DNA from: the human T2T-CHM13v2.0 reference genome, Homo sapiens
Strand: one strand, 5' to 3'
Length of the DNA stretch: 64,000 bases
NCBI RefSeq assembly: GCF_009914755.1
Contig: NC_060930.1
Shown here: positions 24,841 through 41,651 of the stretch, piece after piece
How positions within the stretch are numbered: position 1 is the stretch's first letter
Layout of the letters: each line of letters starts with the position of its first letter
Translations under genes and position numbers: made by a program
Notes under the pieces: model-generated
What the model was told of the DNA's origin: nothing
Database searches by the model: none
What the model saw: only the letters and a program-made list of their open reading frames with translations

Positions 24841-26520
24841 TTAGCTTCAAACAAAAGTTGTTTCATCTGAAGACAATGAAATCTGCCTTTTATCTTAACA
24901 GATTATAGCTACATCCAGTGGGTTTAATGGATAGATAATAACCAGTCTATATTACAAGTGGCCCAAACCCCCAAAAGTTCGTGTATGCCATACATGAGAT
25001 CAGTAGCTCCGATGGGAATAGCTGAATCATTCACCCATGCATGTTTTTCCATACTAAAGTTGGCATCCCAGTTATCTTCCCTAGGTGCATGGCCTCTAAT
25101 CTGATGTCAACATCACGTTCGTCATTTCTCTCCTCTCTTTCTGGAGGATGCAATCCCAAACACACGCACAGTTATTTTCTTCTCAGCACTGACCTTAAAC
25201 TTACTCTTCATAATGGAACTCGTCAAAGACAAATCATACTCTTAAAGAAGCAACAGTGATGAAATGTGTTTCAGGCTGCCCTTTAGAACAAAACAAAAGC
25301 TGCTTCTCTTAATGAGGTAAACCTTTCTCCAGCTCCCTTGCTTTAATTAGTGCTACTACATATATTAAAAGCTGTTTGTACAGGACATAGAGTTAGTGTC
25401 ACATAAATAAAGAATCATGAGGAGACCAGCAGAAAGGTATAGCAGCAAAAAATTTGCCTTCTAGCTTTTCAACATTTTGGTTAATTCAACAAGGAATCTT
25501 TGCAGGGTATTGTCAGAAAAATGCCAAGACTCCATCAAATACTACTTCTATCTCTGCCACTCCAGCTAACCCCTGCAATCCTGTGGCCACTCACTCATGA
25601 TTTGTAGATCATTTACTCCAGCTTTCAGAAGATTAATATAGGTTGGTTTTGCAAAAGTAAGTATGTGACAAGGTGGGCTGCAACAAGAATCAGCAGTCCT
25701 GGTTCCAACCCTTGCTCTGCTAAGAAACAGAGCCCTCTTTCCACCTAGAAAGCAGCGTATGGTTGACCGCCCTCCCTCCAAGCCCACAAAAGCACAATCC
25801 AATTACTTGCCCTGAATACTATGAGCTTCTGTGAATACACTCTCAGGGACAAGCTTAGTACTTTATGTTCTCAAAACAATTAGTCCCAGTGACTCCTGGG
25901 AAAGAGGTTATTTGTGAGGCGATTTGCAGAAAGGAAAGATTTGTTCAAAATCGGTAGTATGATAAAGCACACTGAATGCTACATCTCAAATAATCATATT
26001 ACTTATTTCAAACAGAAGGCATTTCAGTGGCACTATACGTTGTCCCTGGATAACCAGGAGCTTGCTTGTCTAGTACTCTGAGGTACTGACAGAATTCTGG
26101 ATTATAGTTCAGTCAGAAATAACTTGTTCTTTCCCAAGGCCAAGACAGGATATATACACACGATTATTTCATCCAGCAAAACCTTGTGGAACCCTGTGCT
26201 AACAAGCCTTCCTTTGCAGTTCCCACGTCGCCAGGTGTACTATGAGGACCTTTGCTGTTAGTACTCGCTCCCTAATGACTTCTGAAAAGTTGTAGCTTTA
26301 AGAGACTTTGTCTTTTAATTGAGGCACAATTATCTTCTAGTATTAGACCTAAAAAAAATACCTGACAGTGAATTGAAGTGAAGGTGGTCACATCTTAGGC
26401 TGATGGCTGATTTTTAAAGGGAGATCAGAAATGCTGTATACTTATGCCAATTCTGCTTTGTTGGAGGCTCCATGATTTTACCTGTTATTTGTTCTGGAAT
26501 CCTTATTAAAGTTTTGATCC

Positions 26521-26639
26521 AAAACCAAAAAAAAAAAAAAGAAAGAAAGGAAGGAAGGAAGGAGGTGGGGGAGGGATGGAGGGAAGGAAGAAACGAAGGC
26601 AGGAAGGTGAGACAGAAAAGAAAAGAAAGAAAGAAAGAA

Positions 26640-26695
<56 letters not shown>
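26521..26695. repeat. Polypurine tract: A-run, (GGAA)n, (AGAA)~13 STR
   Basis: Direct reading. Confidence 0.95.
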
Positions 26696-26696
<1 letters not shown>

Positions 26697-28039
26697 TTAG
26701 AAACCAGAGCAGACTGACCGTTAATATATAAGAGACTGTCTCCATCGTTTCTCTGGGTATCTATCACAGGGTCAGTGGCAGGCAAGCTAGTCTTGGCCCC
26801 TGTCCAGAGGACTCATTCCTGTGAATCTTGGAAAATATCTTGTTATAACAAACTTATTGTATATCAGAAACCCCACTATGAAGGGTTAACTCAACGGTCC
26901 TTTTACACAGGAAAATACTTGAGGGCAATTTGTACATCCTATAATGTCTCAAAAAGGACAGTACCCAGCAAAAGATTTTGCAGTCCCTGTGTTTTAGAAA
27001 TAATGTGATTCTCAAAGGTAGCCCATAATAGAAACCATCAAACAAGAGTTGTCCAGCTCCCCAGGGTGATGGGGCGGAACCATTTGATTCAGAAATCCCA
27101 CTCCACAGTTCAGCAGAAAAACACAGACATGCGTCCTAAGAAATAAACGAAGGACATGAGGAAATGCTCTGGTTCTCTTTTGTCTACCCTAAAAGGTTCA
27201 GATATTTGGGGGTTTTAGCACACTCTAGTTTCATAAATAGTAGGCTAGGAAGGTTTGCTCAACCATTGAAGACTACCTACCATGCCTCCTCTGATGACCG
27301 TGAATTTGATGTTAAATGTTTCATGGGATTACCAACTGAAAAACTCTCGACTTCAGAATCACCCAAAGCTTTCACTTCCCATCTCGAGTCCCAAAATGCG
27401 TCATGAACTCAACCCTGAACCCAGGTGGCAGGCTGCATCAGAGAATTTTGAGGACGTTTCTTTCTAAACACAGGCGGATTAGAAAGCAGAGCACCCGCAA
27501 ATAGGTTAATGAACCTTGGCATTGCCGGAGTTGTCAAGACCAACTGTTGAGAATTCCCGTGGAGTTAAGTAGGATGTGAATCTGGCTCTGAGTAGATATC
27601 ATTACCTATGCTGTCTGACTTCCTGCTCACAGGTTTTGCAGCGCACTTGGGCTTTCACCCTTCAGCTCAACTGTTTGGTGGCAGTTGGATTGGGGGTGGC
27701 TGAGAGTATTGTTTAAAATGCTTCTCTTCATGGGCAGAGGCCTTGGTGTTTATTCTTGGAGCTGTCTTTGCCATAGAATGCTTTTTGAAAAATTCATCAC
27801 ACTCAATTCATGTTTATGTACCAGGAAAGCAAGCAATCAGCTTATGTTCTCAGAAAAAGAACTGGAACTGGTCATTTACAGTGTGGCATTTTGGTGCTTA
27901 ATAGTCATGAGACATAGAAAAGAAGAAAAACAGCAGTAACATCCTGCGCTCTAAATGCAGAACGTCTTAGGTCCAAACCCTCAAATCCTTACTATCTTGA
28001 TGACCTGCATGAAGAACATGTTCAGTGTATTCTAGTGTC

Positions 28040-28320
28040 AACCTCTGATTGAAACATATGATACAAACAGAAAGTGCATGTATTGTAAGTGTACCCTCCA
28101 TACATCCCCATGAAGTGAACGCACCCATGTAACCATAATGAAGACCAAAAACCAGGACACTATCAGCACCCAGAAACACCACTTATGCCTTTTCTAGTCT
28201 AGCCCCTCAGGAGTAACCACTACGCTGGCTTCCAACACCTGGGGTTCTTTTTGTTTGTTTTGAACTCTACACAAATGGAATCACACAGTATATACTCTTT
28301 TTCATCCGGCTTTTTTCAAG
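28040..28320 (-). mobile_element. Old L1M (MC/ME) 3' end fragment
   Basis: AAGTGAACGCACCCATGTAACCA..TCAGCACCCAGAA..GTAACCACTA..TTTGAACT.TA.ACAAATGGAATCA.ACAGTAT. Confidence 0.75.
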
Positions 28321-29558
28321 TATGTAGAGATTGTACAAATATGTCCGTATTAACAAGCCTTTTACATCATTGTCCTGTTGACAAGGAAATCATTCATCTG
28401 CAACAGTTTGCTAGTGCAACAGTTTGCTCTCTTCACTATGAGTAAAGACATTCACACTGGAAATAAATGTATACATGGCTGCATTATATGCTTCAGCCTG
28501 CCAATAAGCATGTCCTGATTTTTAACAGGGGGAAAGGAACTTTCAGAGTGCCTTTTCCAAAGGAGTAAGATAACATGAGCTTTGCTATGCAGCCACAACA
28601 AAAAGCTGAACAGCAGGAGGATGAGTTGGGGAATTTCACTGTCTGAGCTAAAGCATAAAGCTAGTGACATGCACAAGAAAATCAGATTTAGTGGTTGAAT
28701 GTTGATGTTTCAGAATGGAAAATTAGAGCTTGATGTATAATTGCAGGGAGAGCTGTTTCCTACCACTTTATTTTAGTGTATTCCCAATAAACAGGCTACT
28801 CCAGGTGATATCTTACTTCCTGCAGTTTGTAGCTGGCTTAATCAGACAAGTGACTTTTTTAGCCTCTGGTCAAGGAAGGGACAAGCATATAATAAAATCA
28901 TCTTTCATGCCTGAGCTGAATTAAAACAGTACAACTTTGTCACTAATGATAAAGCAAGGCAAAGGATTTAGAACAGTCAGAGTCATAATTGCAAGCTGCA
29001 AAATAATTAAATGTTATTGCGGTATGCAAAAAATATTTAGGAGCCTGCCTTTACAGCAAATGAATTATGGGATTTTCCAATCACATGCATATGACCAACA
29101 TATGCAGTTGTAGATTTTTTTGACCATGCATCAAGCCTAACAACTGGGTTCCAAGTGAATCAAGCACTTGTTTGAAAGAAATGTAATCAAATATGGATTA
29201 TTTCAACAACAGCCAAAGAGTTTCTTCCTGAGTTCCCTGCCGGCAAAAAGCAGGGGATTTGCGCCACTCATTTCTGAGCAAACCACATTCCTTGAATGTG
29301 GCTGATCCCTCCCAGTCTAAACATTATTTTTTAATGTGAAACCCTGCAATTAAATCTTCTTCCCTGAAAAAAGGAAAGTTCACTGAGCAGAGAAACCAAC
29401 TGCATCCCCCATTGAGAAGACTGCAATGGGAGGGGGCAGTGTTTTCTGTGGGAAGACCCACTAATGGGATGAAAACAGAAGTACATTTTGGGGGGAGGAG
29501 AAGAGGAAAATTCTTGTGCACATCTGGGGATTTCATGTATTCAAACATACACTCAAGG

Positions 29559-29590
29559 GTGTGTGTGTGTATGTGTGTGTGTGTGTGTGC
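29559..29590. repeat. (TG)n microsatellite
   Basis: Direct reading. Confidence 0.9.
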
Positions 29591-30386
29591 ATGCACTTGT
29601 CCCTTAGAAACAGAAAACACTGCTAATACTCAAAATGTTTTTTATGACAAGGATCAAACTTAAATAAGCTTTGCTATTGATCATATTCCTTTTACTCATG
29701 TTTCGCCTTGCTAAGGAGAGGCTTTACTAAGGAAAGCAATGGATTTATTAGTGAAATAATGAAGTGATTCATTGGACTGAAAACGGTGTCTAATGTTTCA
29801 CAAATAAGATTTTCCCTTCTTGAGAAACTTATTTCCGTCATATTGAGCCAGGGTGGCTGTCTCACAGAGGGTCACTTTGGAAGAGGTCCAGAAATGCGCT
29901 TTTTCTCCTGCCCATTGCATTGATAATAGCCAGGGGATGCTTGGGAACAAGGCCTACCCATTAGAATGCAGTAAGTCTTATAAAGATTATACATGTTTAT
30001 GTCACCTCCCAAAAATATGCCCTCATTGTCTTCCTAATTTAGGAGGCCTAATTCCTCAAATTAGGGTAACTTAAGACAAACTATTCTAGAATATCCTACA
30101 GTTGAAATATGTTCATTTTTCTCCCACTAGACATTTATTAAGCCACCAAGTAGGTATGGGGCCAGGTATAAGGGAAAGGAAGAGAATGCATCAATTGAGT
30201 CAGCCACAGTCTCACCTCTGGGAGGTCTTTTTAGCTGGGAAGTGACCTGATATTGTATTTTAGAAAAATCACCATAGTGGCAACTTAGAGGCTAACTAGG
30301 GGTTAGGAGAGGTGAAACATGGAGAAGATTTGGAAAGCTATTGTAAGAGTCCAGGCATGTGAGGATGAAGGCCTGGTCTCAGGTAG

Positions 30387-30752
30387 TGTATTAGTCTGTT
30401 TTTATGCTGCTGATAATACATACCCAAGACTGGGCACTTTACAAAAGAAAGGGGTTTAATTGGACTCACAGTTCCACATGGCTGGGGAGGCCTCACAATC
30501 ATGACGGAAGGCAAGGAGGAGCAAGTCACATCTTACATGGATGGCGGCAGGCAGAGAGAGAGGTTGTGCAGGGAAACTCCCATTTTTAAAACTATCAGAT
30601 CTCATGAAACTTATTCACTATCATGAGAACAGCATGGGAAAGACCCACTCCCATGATTCAACCATCTCCCATTGTGTCCCTGCCACAACACGTGGGAATT
30701 ACGGGAGCTATAAGATGAGATTTGGTTGGGGACACAGAGCCAAACCATATCA
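30387..30752 (-). mobile_element. THE1 (C-like) solo LTR
   Basis: TG...CA termini; perfect TSD GGTAG (30382-30386 / 30753-30757). Confidence 0.95.
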
Positions 30753-30802
30753 GGTAGTAATTATTGGAATAGGAACTAAGGTAAGGATTTGTGACATACT
30801 AT

Positions 30803-31035
30803 AGCCCACACTGTTCATTATGGTAGCTCCTAACCACATGTGCCTACTTAAATTTAAAATTTAAATTTTAAATAATTAAAATTAAATAATATTAAACATA
30901 TTAATAGCATAAAATTTCCATAGTCACACTAGTCATATTTCAAGGATTCAATAGCCACACTTAGCTAGTGGCAACCTCATTGGACTATGCAAATATAGTA
31001 TGTGTCTGCATTTGGAGAACATTCCATCTACAAGG
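30803..31035 (+). mobile_element. MER3/MER33-like hAT MITE
   Basis: ATGGTAGC..TAACCACATGTG.CTA..AGTCACACTAG.CATATTTCAAG..TCAATAGCCACA..GCTAGTGGC. Confidence 0.75.
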
Positions 31036-31696
31036 CTATGTAGAGTTTTGTTCTTTCAAAAATTTATGACTAGCTGTGAAGGTTGATGACATTAGAATTT
31101 GTAGTATTAAAAAGGCGTGAATTTGAACCCTACTGTGGATTGATACATGGGAGATAGTTACTTGGCTACTGGTGAGCCACATTGTTCCTGTCCCCACCAG
31201 AATTTTCATATCAATGATACTCTGTGATGATCAAATCATCCTGCACAATGCATGTGTTTGTGCACATAGTGCTACATATTATATAGTATGATGTATTATA
31301 TATCTACAGGTCCATCTATTTAATATATCCATTCCTATAACTAGGTCTAGATGTGTAAAGTACTTGGTGGTTGTGTCACCAGCCAACTGTGCCAGCTCAG
31401 ATCCTCTGAAAAGTAGATGCCAAGGTGATATTAGATTTGCATGAGGTACAAATCTATGAAGAAGAAAGGGAGAAGAGCAGCAGAGGAGGCAGGCAGAGCC
31501 TTCGGACCATGGAGCAGACATGACACCTGTGAAGGAGAGGAGGGGGATGGACATCCACTGAGTAGGAAGAGTCTTGGAATGTTCCAAGAAAGTGTCAAGA
31601 AAATTCCATGAACAGTTTGCCAGGCTCATTTGAAGTCTTTAAGTCAAAGTCACCAAGCAGAGGAGTCCTGAGTATCTCAGGGATGGCCTGCATTCA

Positions 31697-34455
<2,759 letters not shown>

Positions 34456-34839
34456 ATTAGTATCCCCACTGTGCTGGGGGCAGCCTGTGGGAAGCATGGC
34501 CTTGGAGTGTATGTAGTGGTGAATCGAGAGGGTGACAGCTGGGGCCATCAAACACTATGCTCATCATGGGAAAGACCTGAACAGCACCTTTCAATGGCTT
34601 CCAAAATAGTATATTTTGTATTATTAGCACTTTATGTATATGTAATGCATAATAATATATATTTATAATATTTTGTGTATATAAGACATGATACTATAAA
34701 ATAATTGAAATATATTTTATAATATGCTGCATTTATAATTCTTATGTATTCAAGAATTGGGGAATTCTTATATGATAACCCAACACTTATGAAAATCAAT
34801 AATATTTTGTAATTAGGTGGTAGAATCAAAACAACTTAA

Positions 34840-37800
34840 TGGGGACATCTCTACTTACAGAAAGATGGAGTAGAAAATTTTTTTTCTATACCTTCCACTA
34901 AGAACAACTAAATTGCTCCCCAACCCCGGGCATTATATATGAAACAAACATGAGAAGTCTCTGAAAGGTGGAAAGAAGGCATACTAGCTAGGAACCTCAG
35001 AACCTAAAAAATGACATGACAGAGAGTTCTCTAGGTTTTCTATTTTCCCCATATATCCCAAATCAGGTACCAAAAAGCCAATAATCTTGTAATGTCCACA
35101 AACACAGACCAAGCAAAGCCCAACAAAATCCCTCTCTGTTGAGCCAAAGGATCAGAAATGGAAATGGAACAGTCTAGCAAAATGCAAAATTTTTAGAAGA
35201 GTAAACACTTCATTGTAGCCAAGCACCACAGTGGGGTAAAAAGACCCTGTGGCCACATTCCCACTTACACCAGCAAAGGCTAAATTGAGAACCTAGACTT
35301 CCATCCTTATCAAACTGTAGAAAGGCTCCCCAATCTCTTTGCCAGGCTGAGTAGGGAGCCCAGACTTCCATTCCCAATGAGCAGTAATGAGTGTCCCCTT
35401 TGAGGTGTCAGTGTAGACCATGTAGGAGCCTAGACTTCCACCCCAGTTAAGGGGGTGGAAGTCCAGGCACATATCCTTCCTGATGAGGTGGTGTCTGAGA
35501 GGCCTTGTGAAGAGTTGAGAATTTCACTACCACCAGTAGTAATGAGCCAACCCTCCACCATGGTGTCAGTAGGGATCACATGGTGAGTGGCATTGAGGCA
35601 CTCCTATGCCTCCCAGCCAGTATATCAAAGAGTTATGTCTGGAGGCCTAGGGGAAGCCAGAACTCCTATCACCATGACAGCAATAAGGACCTTTCTCCCC
35701 AGGTGTCAATAGAGGCAGAGTGGTGAGCCTGAATTTCTGTTCCCACCTGCAGAAACAAGGGTTTATCTCTCATCTCCTCCCAAAGTGGTAGCGGAAAAAG
35801 ACCACCAAAATACAAAGTTCAATAAGATTTACAGTTTCATAACATAAGACTCAATATGTCAAGTTTCAATCTAAATCACTCATACCAAGAAACAGGAAGG
35901 TCTCATACTGCATTAAAAAATACAAGTAATAGATGCCAACACTGAAATGAATGGGATATTAGAATTGTTTGACAAAAATTTTAAAGTAGCCATCATAAAA
36001 AATCCTTCAACACACAACTAAGAACATGCTGAAAAAAAATTTAAAAATAAAGTCTTAGCAAAGAAATACGAAATATAAAGTAGAACCAAATGGAAATTTT
36101 AGGACTGAATATACAATAACTGAAATTTTTTTAATGCTGTAGATGAACTTAACAAAAGAATGGAGGGAACAGAGAAAAGATTCAGAAAGATAGAATAGAA
36201 ATTACTCAATGGTATCAACAGAGTCAAAATAGACTAAAAAAAATGAAAAATGAACAGAGCTTCAGGGACACATGGGACTATTACAAGAAAGCTAACATTT
36301 GTGTCATTAGAGTCCTAGAAAGAGAAGAGAAAAGAGGTTGAGACTGAAAAATACTCAAAGAAATAATGGCTGAAAACTTTCAACTTTGATCAAAGACATA
36401 AACCTACAGCTCAAGGAGCTGAGCAAAACCTAAACAAGATAAACCCAAAGTAATCCACACTCAGGTATGGAGTCAAACTTCTGAAAACTAAAGACAAAGA
36501 AAAAATGTTGGAAGCACTGGGAGAGAAACAACTCCTTACTTACAGGAGGAGAACAATTTGAATAATAATGGGTTTCTCAACATAAACTGAGGAGGCCAGA
36601 AAGAATTGGCACATTTTTCAAGTGGTGAAAGTAAAGAATCATCAGCCCAGAATCCTATGTCCAGTAAAAATATCTTTAAGGAATGAAGAGGAAATCAAGA
36701 CATTCTCAGCTGAAGAAAAGCTAAGTGAATTTGTTACCAACAGACCTATTCAAAAAGAATATCTAAAAGAAGCTCCTTAAATAGAGAGGGAACAACATAA
36801 AACAATCATGCAATGTCAGGAATGTAAAAAGAACATAAGAAAAAATATAGGCAAATACAATGTATTTTTCTTCTTCTCTTGAATCCTCTAAATCATGTTT
36901 GAGGTTGAAAGAAAAAATATGACAGTGTTTGCTGTCATATTTGCCAAAAATATACGTAAAGAAAATATTTAAGATAATTGTGTTACAATGGGGGAGGGTA
37001 AAGGGACATAAAAGAAAGTAAGGTTCTTATACTTCACTTGAACTGCAAAATGGTGATACCAGTAAACTATGATAACATATGTGTATAGAATGTTATACCT
37101 TGAGTAAACCCTAAAAATATTTACAAAGAGATATATTCATGAACACTATAAATAAATCAAAATTGAATTCTAAAGAATGTTCAAATAACCCACAGGAAGA
37201 CAGGAACAAGTAAACAAATGAAAACTGGAACAGATAGAAAACAAAAACTAAGATGGCCAACTAACATAACAATAATTACATTAAATTTAAAAGATCTAAA
37301 CCTTCCAATTAAACAACAGAGACTGGCAGAATGAATTTTAAAACATGACCCAACTATATGCTTTTTGTAAGAATATCACTTTAAATGTAATAATACAATC
37401 ATATTAAAAGAAAAAGGATAAAAAAAATCATGCAAACGCTAATCAGAAGAAAGCAGGAGTGGCTATATTAGTGTCAGATAAAGTAGACTGTAAAGAAAAT
37501 TACCAGAAACATAAAGGGACATTTATAATAATAAAAGTTTCAATTAACCAAGAAGATATAACAATCTTATATGCGTAGACATCAAATAACAGAGCTGCAA
37601 AATATGTAAAGCCAAAACTGATAGAATTTAATGGAGAAAGAGATAAATCCACCATTATAAGATCTTAGCACCCTTATCTCAAAAATTAATAGAATGATTA
37701 GATAGGAAAGCAGCATGGATATTGAAGAACTCATCACCATCGACTAACAAAATCTAATTGGCATCTATAGAACACTTCACCTAGCAGCAGCAGAATATAA

Positions 37801-38550
37801 GTGCCCACAGGACATAGACCAAGATAGACCACATCCTGAGCCATTAAACAAATTCCCCAAAATTGAAAACAATTGAGATGTAGTGTAAGACCTAAAATAA
37901 AGGCTTGATATTGTGTGCTGCCTTGATAGCTGGTAAAATTGAGAGAGCCTCATCTGGCCTAATCACAAGTTCCCCTCCCCACTCAGCTATTGTGGATAAG
38001 GTCCCCTTAGCCAAGCAACCCTCCTATGAAGAGGAACAGGTGCAGTTCCTGCACATCTCTGAGTAGCAAGTTACCCTTGCAGCTATGGAATTACTCAAAC
38101 ATGCCAATAACATACGCCTGTGGAAATCAGGGGATTCCCCATCCTCTTAATACTGCAAAGCCAACCTCACACAACCCCCAGTTGTACACTCTTTTCCCAA
38201 GTGCAACACCTATATAGCCCTGGATGGTGCGCAGTGCCCTCCCATTGCAGGCTACGGGTATATGTAACTGATAAACTGCTGTCAAGCTCATCTGTACAGC
38301 ACTGAGTGTCTTAAGTTTGGCCATCCCAAGAACCATAGAGTAGAAATTTCTCCCTTGCCAATGGGATAAATAGAAGACAATAAAAACATGAAATTATTCA
38401 CAGCTGTGTTCTCTAACCACAAGGGAATCAACCAAAAATGAATAATAGGAAGACCAAAACAATCTCCTAACACCAAAAAATTAAGCAACAAACTTCTAAA
38501 TAATCTGTGGATAAAAGAGAAAATCTGAAGGGAAGTAAAAAAAGACTTGA
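34840..38550 (+). mobile_element. Old L1M 5' half: repetitive 5'UTR, ORF1, ORF2 endonuclease; interrupted by an LTR
   Basis: AAGATGG 5' motif; ~70-bp repeats (GAGCCTAGACTTCCA); ORF1 motifs (GAAATAATGGCTGAAAAC, CCCAGAATCCTAT.TCCAG); endonuclease motifs (GACCCAACTATATGCT, GCAGGAGTGGCTATATTA, decayed SDH). Confidence 0.85.
37879..38388 (+). mobile_element. ERVL-class solo LTR (MER54/MER73-like)
   Basis: TG...CA ends; TSD TGAGA/TGAAA; the L1 endonuclease sequence rejoins cleanly when it is removed. Subfamily tentative. Confidence 0.7.
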
Positions 38551-38653
38551 TGAGTAACCAAAGATGAAAAATAATGAGAGAGACAAAGGGGTTAAATGTG
38601 ATTTGAAGTTTAGATGCTGAGAGAAGACAAGCTAGCCATCATAGATCATCTTA

Positions 38654-38971
<318 letters not shown>

Positions 38972-41349
38972 TCAATGCAGATTTGTGAATTTCATCAACT
39001 AGTTAGCCGACTTGGAAAGTGGAAGCAGGTACAGAGTTCTGAGAGAAAAGATTGATAGGTGGAAGATGGAAAGAGAAAGCTGAAGCTAAACTACGGAATA
39101 CCGACCAGAAACAGACCCTAGTGAGTTGCCTTCACAGGACACAGCAATAAGCCCATGGAAGAAGGTGGAAAAGAGCTGAGGTTGCGGTTTGACACTAAAA
39201 CATTCCTTCCTTTTCTCTGATGTCCAGTATCCCATTGTTTAGCTCTTTTTGTTTGGAATTCTGACAAGGAACGTGGGCAACTTAAGTTTAATAATATGAT
39301 GGAAGTTCTCTGCAAAGTGGTCCACTCTGGGCAAACACAAGTTATTCTATTATCTTTCCTTTACCTTCATGGGAGCTCAGGTCCTCTTACCTGTTCAGAA
39401 CTTACAGATATTTGGGAGATTATTTTGCAATTATAACTACAAAGATAGGAGAAGAGGCCAAAAAAAAAAAAAAAAAAAAACTCCACAGTTTAATTTTTTT
39501 CATTATTTTATAATTTAGCACTTCACCCAATCTATTCAACTTGACTTTTTATATTCTCGTCAAGTAACCTTTGCTCAAGCCAGACCAAATATTTTCCTGT
39601 TCATGAGTAAGCCAAGCTCATTTCTATTCCCAAATTTCTGAAAGTTAATTAGTTTTATTCTCTGACAGGGTAGCAATGACTAACTTTTAAAAGTCAGAGC
39701 AGTATAATTGAAATAGCACTGATTATATGTAACACATATTACATAATACATATATAATTATACGTATAATTATCTCTTTAAATATACATAAACCTATATC
39801 TAGATATAGGCACTGGTTTATATATTTATATTTATATGTTTATAACTGAAAGGATAATTATAGAATGTGATTAATATTCATCTGTGGGTTATGGCCTACA
39901 TGTTAATGCCAAAGGCAAGAAAGAATTCAGTCACCAATTGCTACACACATAGCATTCAAATCAATTAGTGCAAGAATGCCCATGGGCGTGTGCACACACA
40001 CATACAAGCATACATAATTCATTTCAATTCTCTTTCCAGTTTTCTTATAAACATCTCCATCTGCAAAAAATTCTAAAGATTTTTACAACGTAAGACACAC
40101 CAGTTAGGAAATCATAATGTTCATTATTCATAACATCATGCACCATGACCGAATTATGATCTAAGTGCTCTGGGGTAATGGAGAAAGATTCATAGCCTCA
40201 AGGAGGAATATTTTATGGCTAATTTTCTATTATCCTTTCTATGCCATTCTAGGAATAGGTAAAATAATCTCACCCATTTTTCTGTAACTTTTCTGGTGTC
40301 TAATTGTGGTGAAGAACATCAAAAATTATTGCAGAGAAAATCACTCTCCACTAATTCTCCATTTTTATGTTTATTTTTTACATTTTATTTTTCCTTTATA
40401 ACATATACAAAGCAATTTAACACAAAAACACAACTTAAAACATCTAAGCTGTGGAAAGGAGAATGTGTGTGGTGTAGTCAATAGGTAAATACTGTATTTA
40501 TAAATATGCATGTACACAGTCTCCATTTATCACAACATTACTTCTATTTAATTCACTTTTTGGTGACTACCTATTATTCTCAAATATTTTGGAAGTGCTT
40601 TGATAGCTTAAAAGAAGAAAGTGAAGGAGAGTGAAGGAAGGCATAACTTATAAAAACATCCCATATATTAAAAATGCTGATGATACAATTCATTTAAAAT
40701 GTGTAATACAAAATTGGATAAATATAAAGAAATTGTAAGATCACAGTTATGCAAATCTAGGCATGTAATAAATAGCAAGAACACTAGAAGGAAATACCTC
40801 AAAATATTATTTGTTAGAGGTAGAAATGAGTGGATATTTTTCCTTAGCCTACTCTCTTGTAGTTTCAAAGTTTTTTATGATGAACTTATCTTCCTTCTAA
40901 CAAAAAAGATTGTCTTCATATAAGGTAAAATAAAACTGGCCTCAAGAGTTAAGATTGTTAAGTTTAAAAAGGAACATTGTCTGTTTAAATCTTAATTGGA
41001 GATAATTTCTTCTAGAAGAGATGTCGAACCTTGAGAAAACAATTTCTGGTGTAAGCCAATATTTTTGTACTTTAAGTTCTGTAACTAAAGCAATTTTATA
41101 TTTAATCCTGTGGTAGAACTGGTTGCTAGGGTACTAAATTACCAGTTTATATAAGAAGACCCAGCTAAGGCATTGATTAGAAATGAGGCAAAAATTTGGG
41201 GAGTGCTTTCTAAAAAAGGGCAAAAAACAAAAGCCCTCATAGAAAAGCTCATAAGTTTTCAGAGGTGAACATGACCATGATGAGACATTTTTGTATAATC
41301 AAAACAAAGCCATGGCAATTGCACAAAGGAGTAACATGAGACAGTATAA

Positions 41350-41570
41350 ATAACATAGACATTAGAGTCAGACAAGCCAATGCTCAAATCCCTCTCTGCT
41401 CCTTGCCATGATTTTCTACAAGTTATTTATCCTATCAAGCCGTAGTTTTCTCATCTATAAATGGCAAAGAATCATAACTGCCTCATAATATTGTTGGGAA
41501 GATTAAATATAGCAAAATAGACATATATGCCTGGTATGAGGTAGATATTGAGGAAATCGCTTCCTTCTTG
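41350..41570 (+). mobile_element. MIR
   Basis: AGAGTCAGACA..CTCAAATCC..AGTTTTCTCATCTATAAAATGG..GAAGATTAAAT. Confidence 0.8.
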
Positions 41571-41651
41571 CATAACCAACGATAAGTTTTCAAGAAGTTA
41601 TCTCTTTGCCTATTTCTTTAAATAAACCTTTTACCTTTTCTTCTCTTATAA

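Noticed and set aside
21890-26785. Low-complexity ORFs (PSFL / ERKK repeats) at 21.9-22.3 kb and 26.4-26.8 kb
   Set aside because: Artefacts of stop-free tetranucleotide microsatellites.
27415-27435. CCCAGGTGGCAG as a CTCF site
   Set aside because: Matches only the 3' part of the core; the 5' CCA is missing.
21740-30752. Two same-orientation THE1 LTRs ~8.3 kb apart resembling a provirus
   Set aside because: Each LTR has its own perfect TSD (ATACC; GGTAG) and the interval has no THE1 internal sequence, so they are independent solo LTRs.
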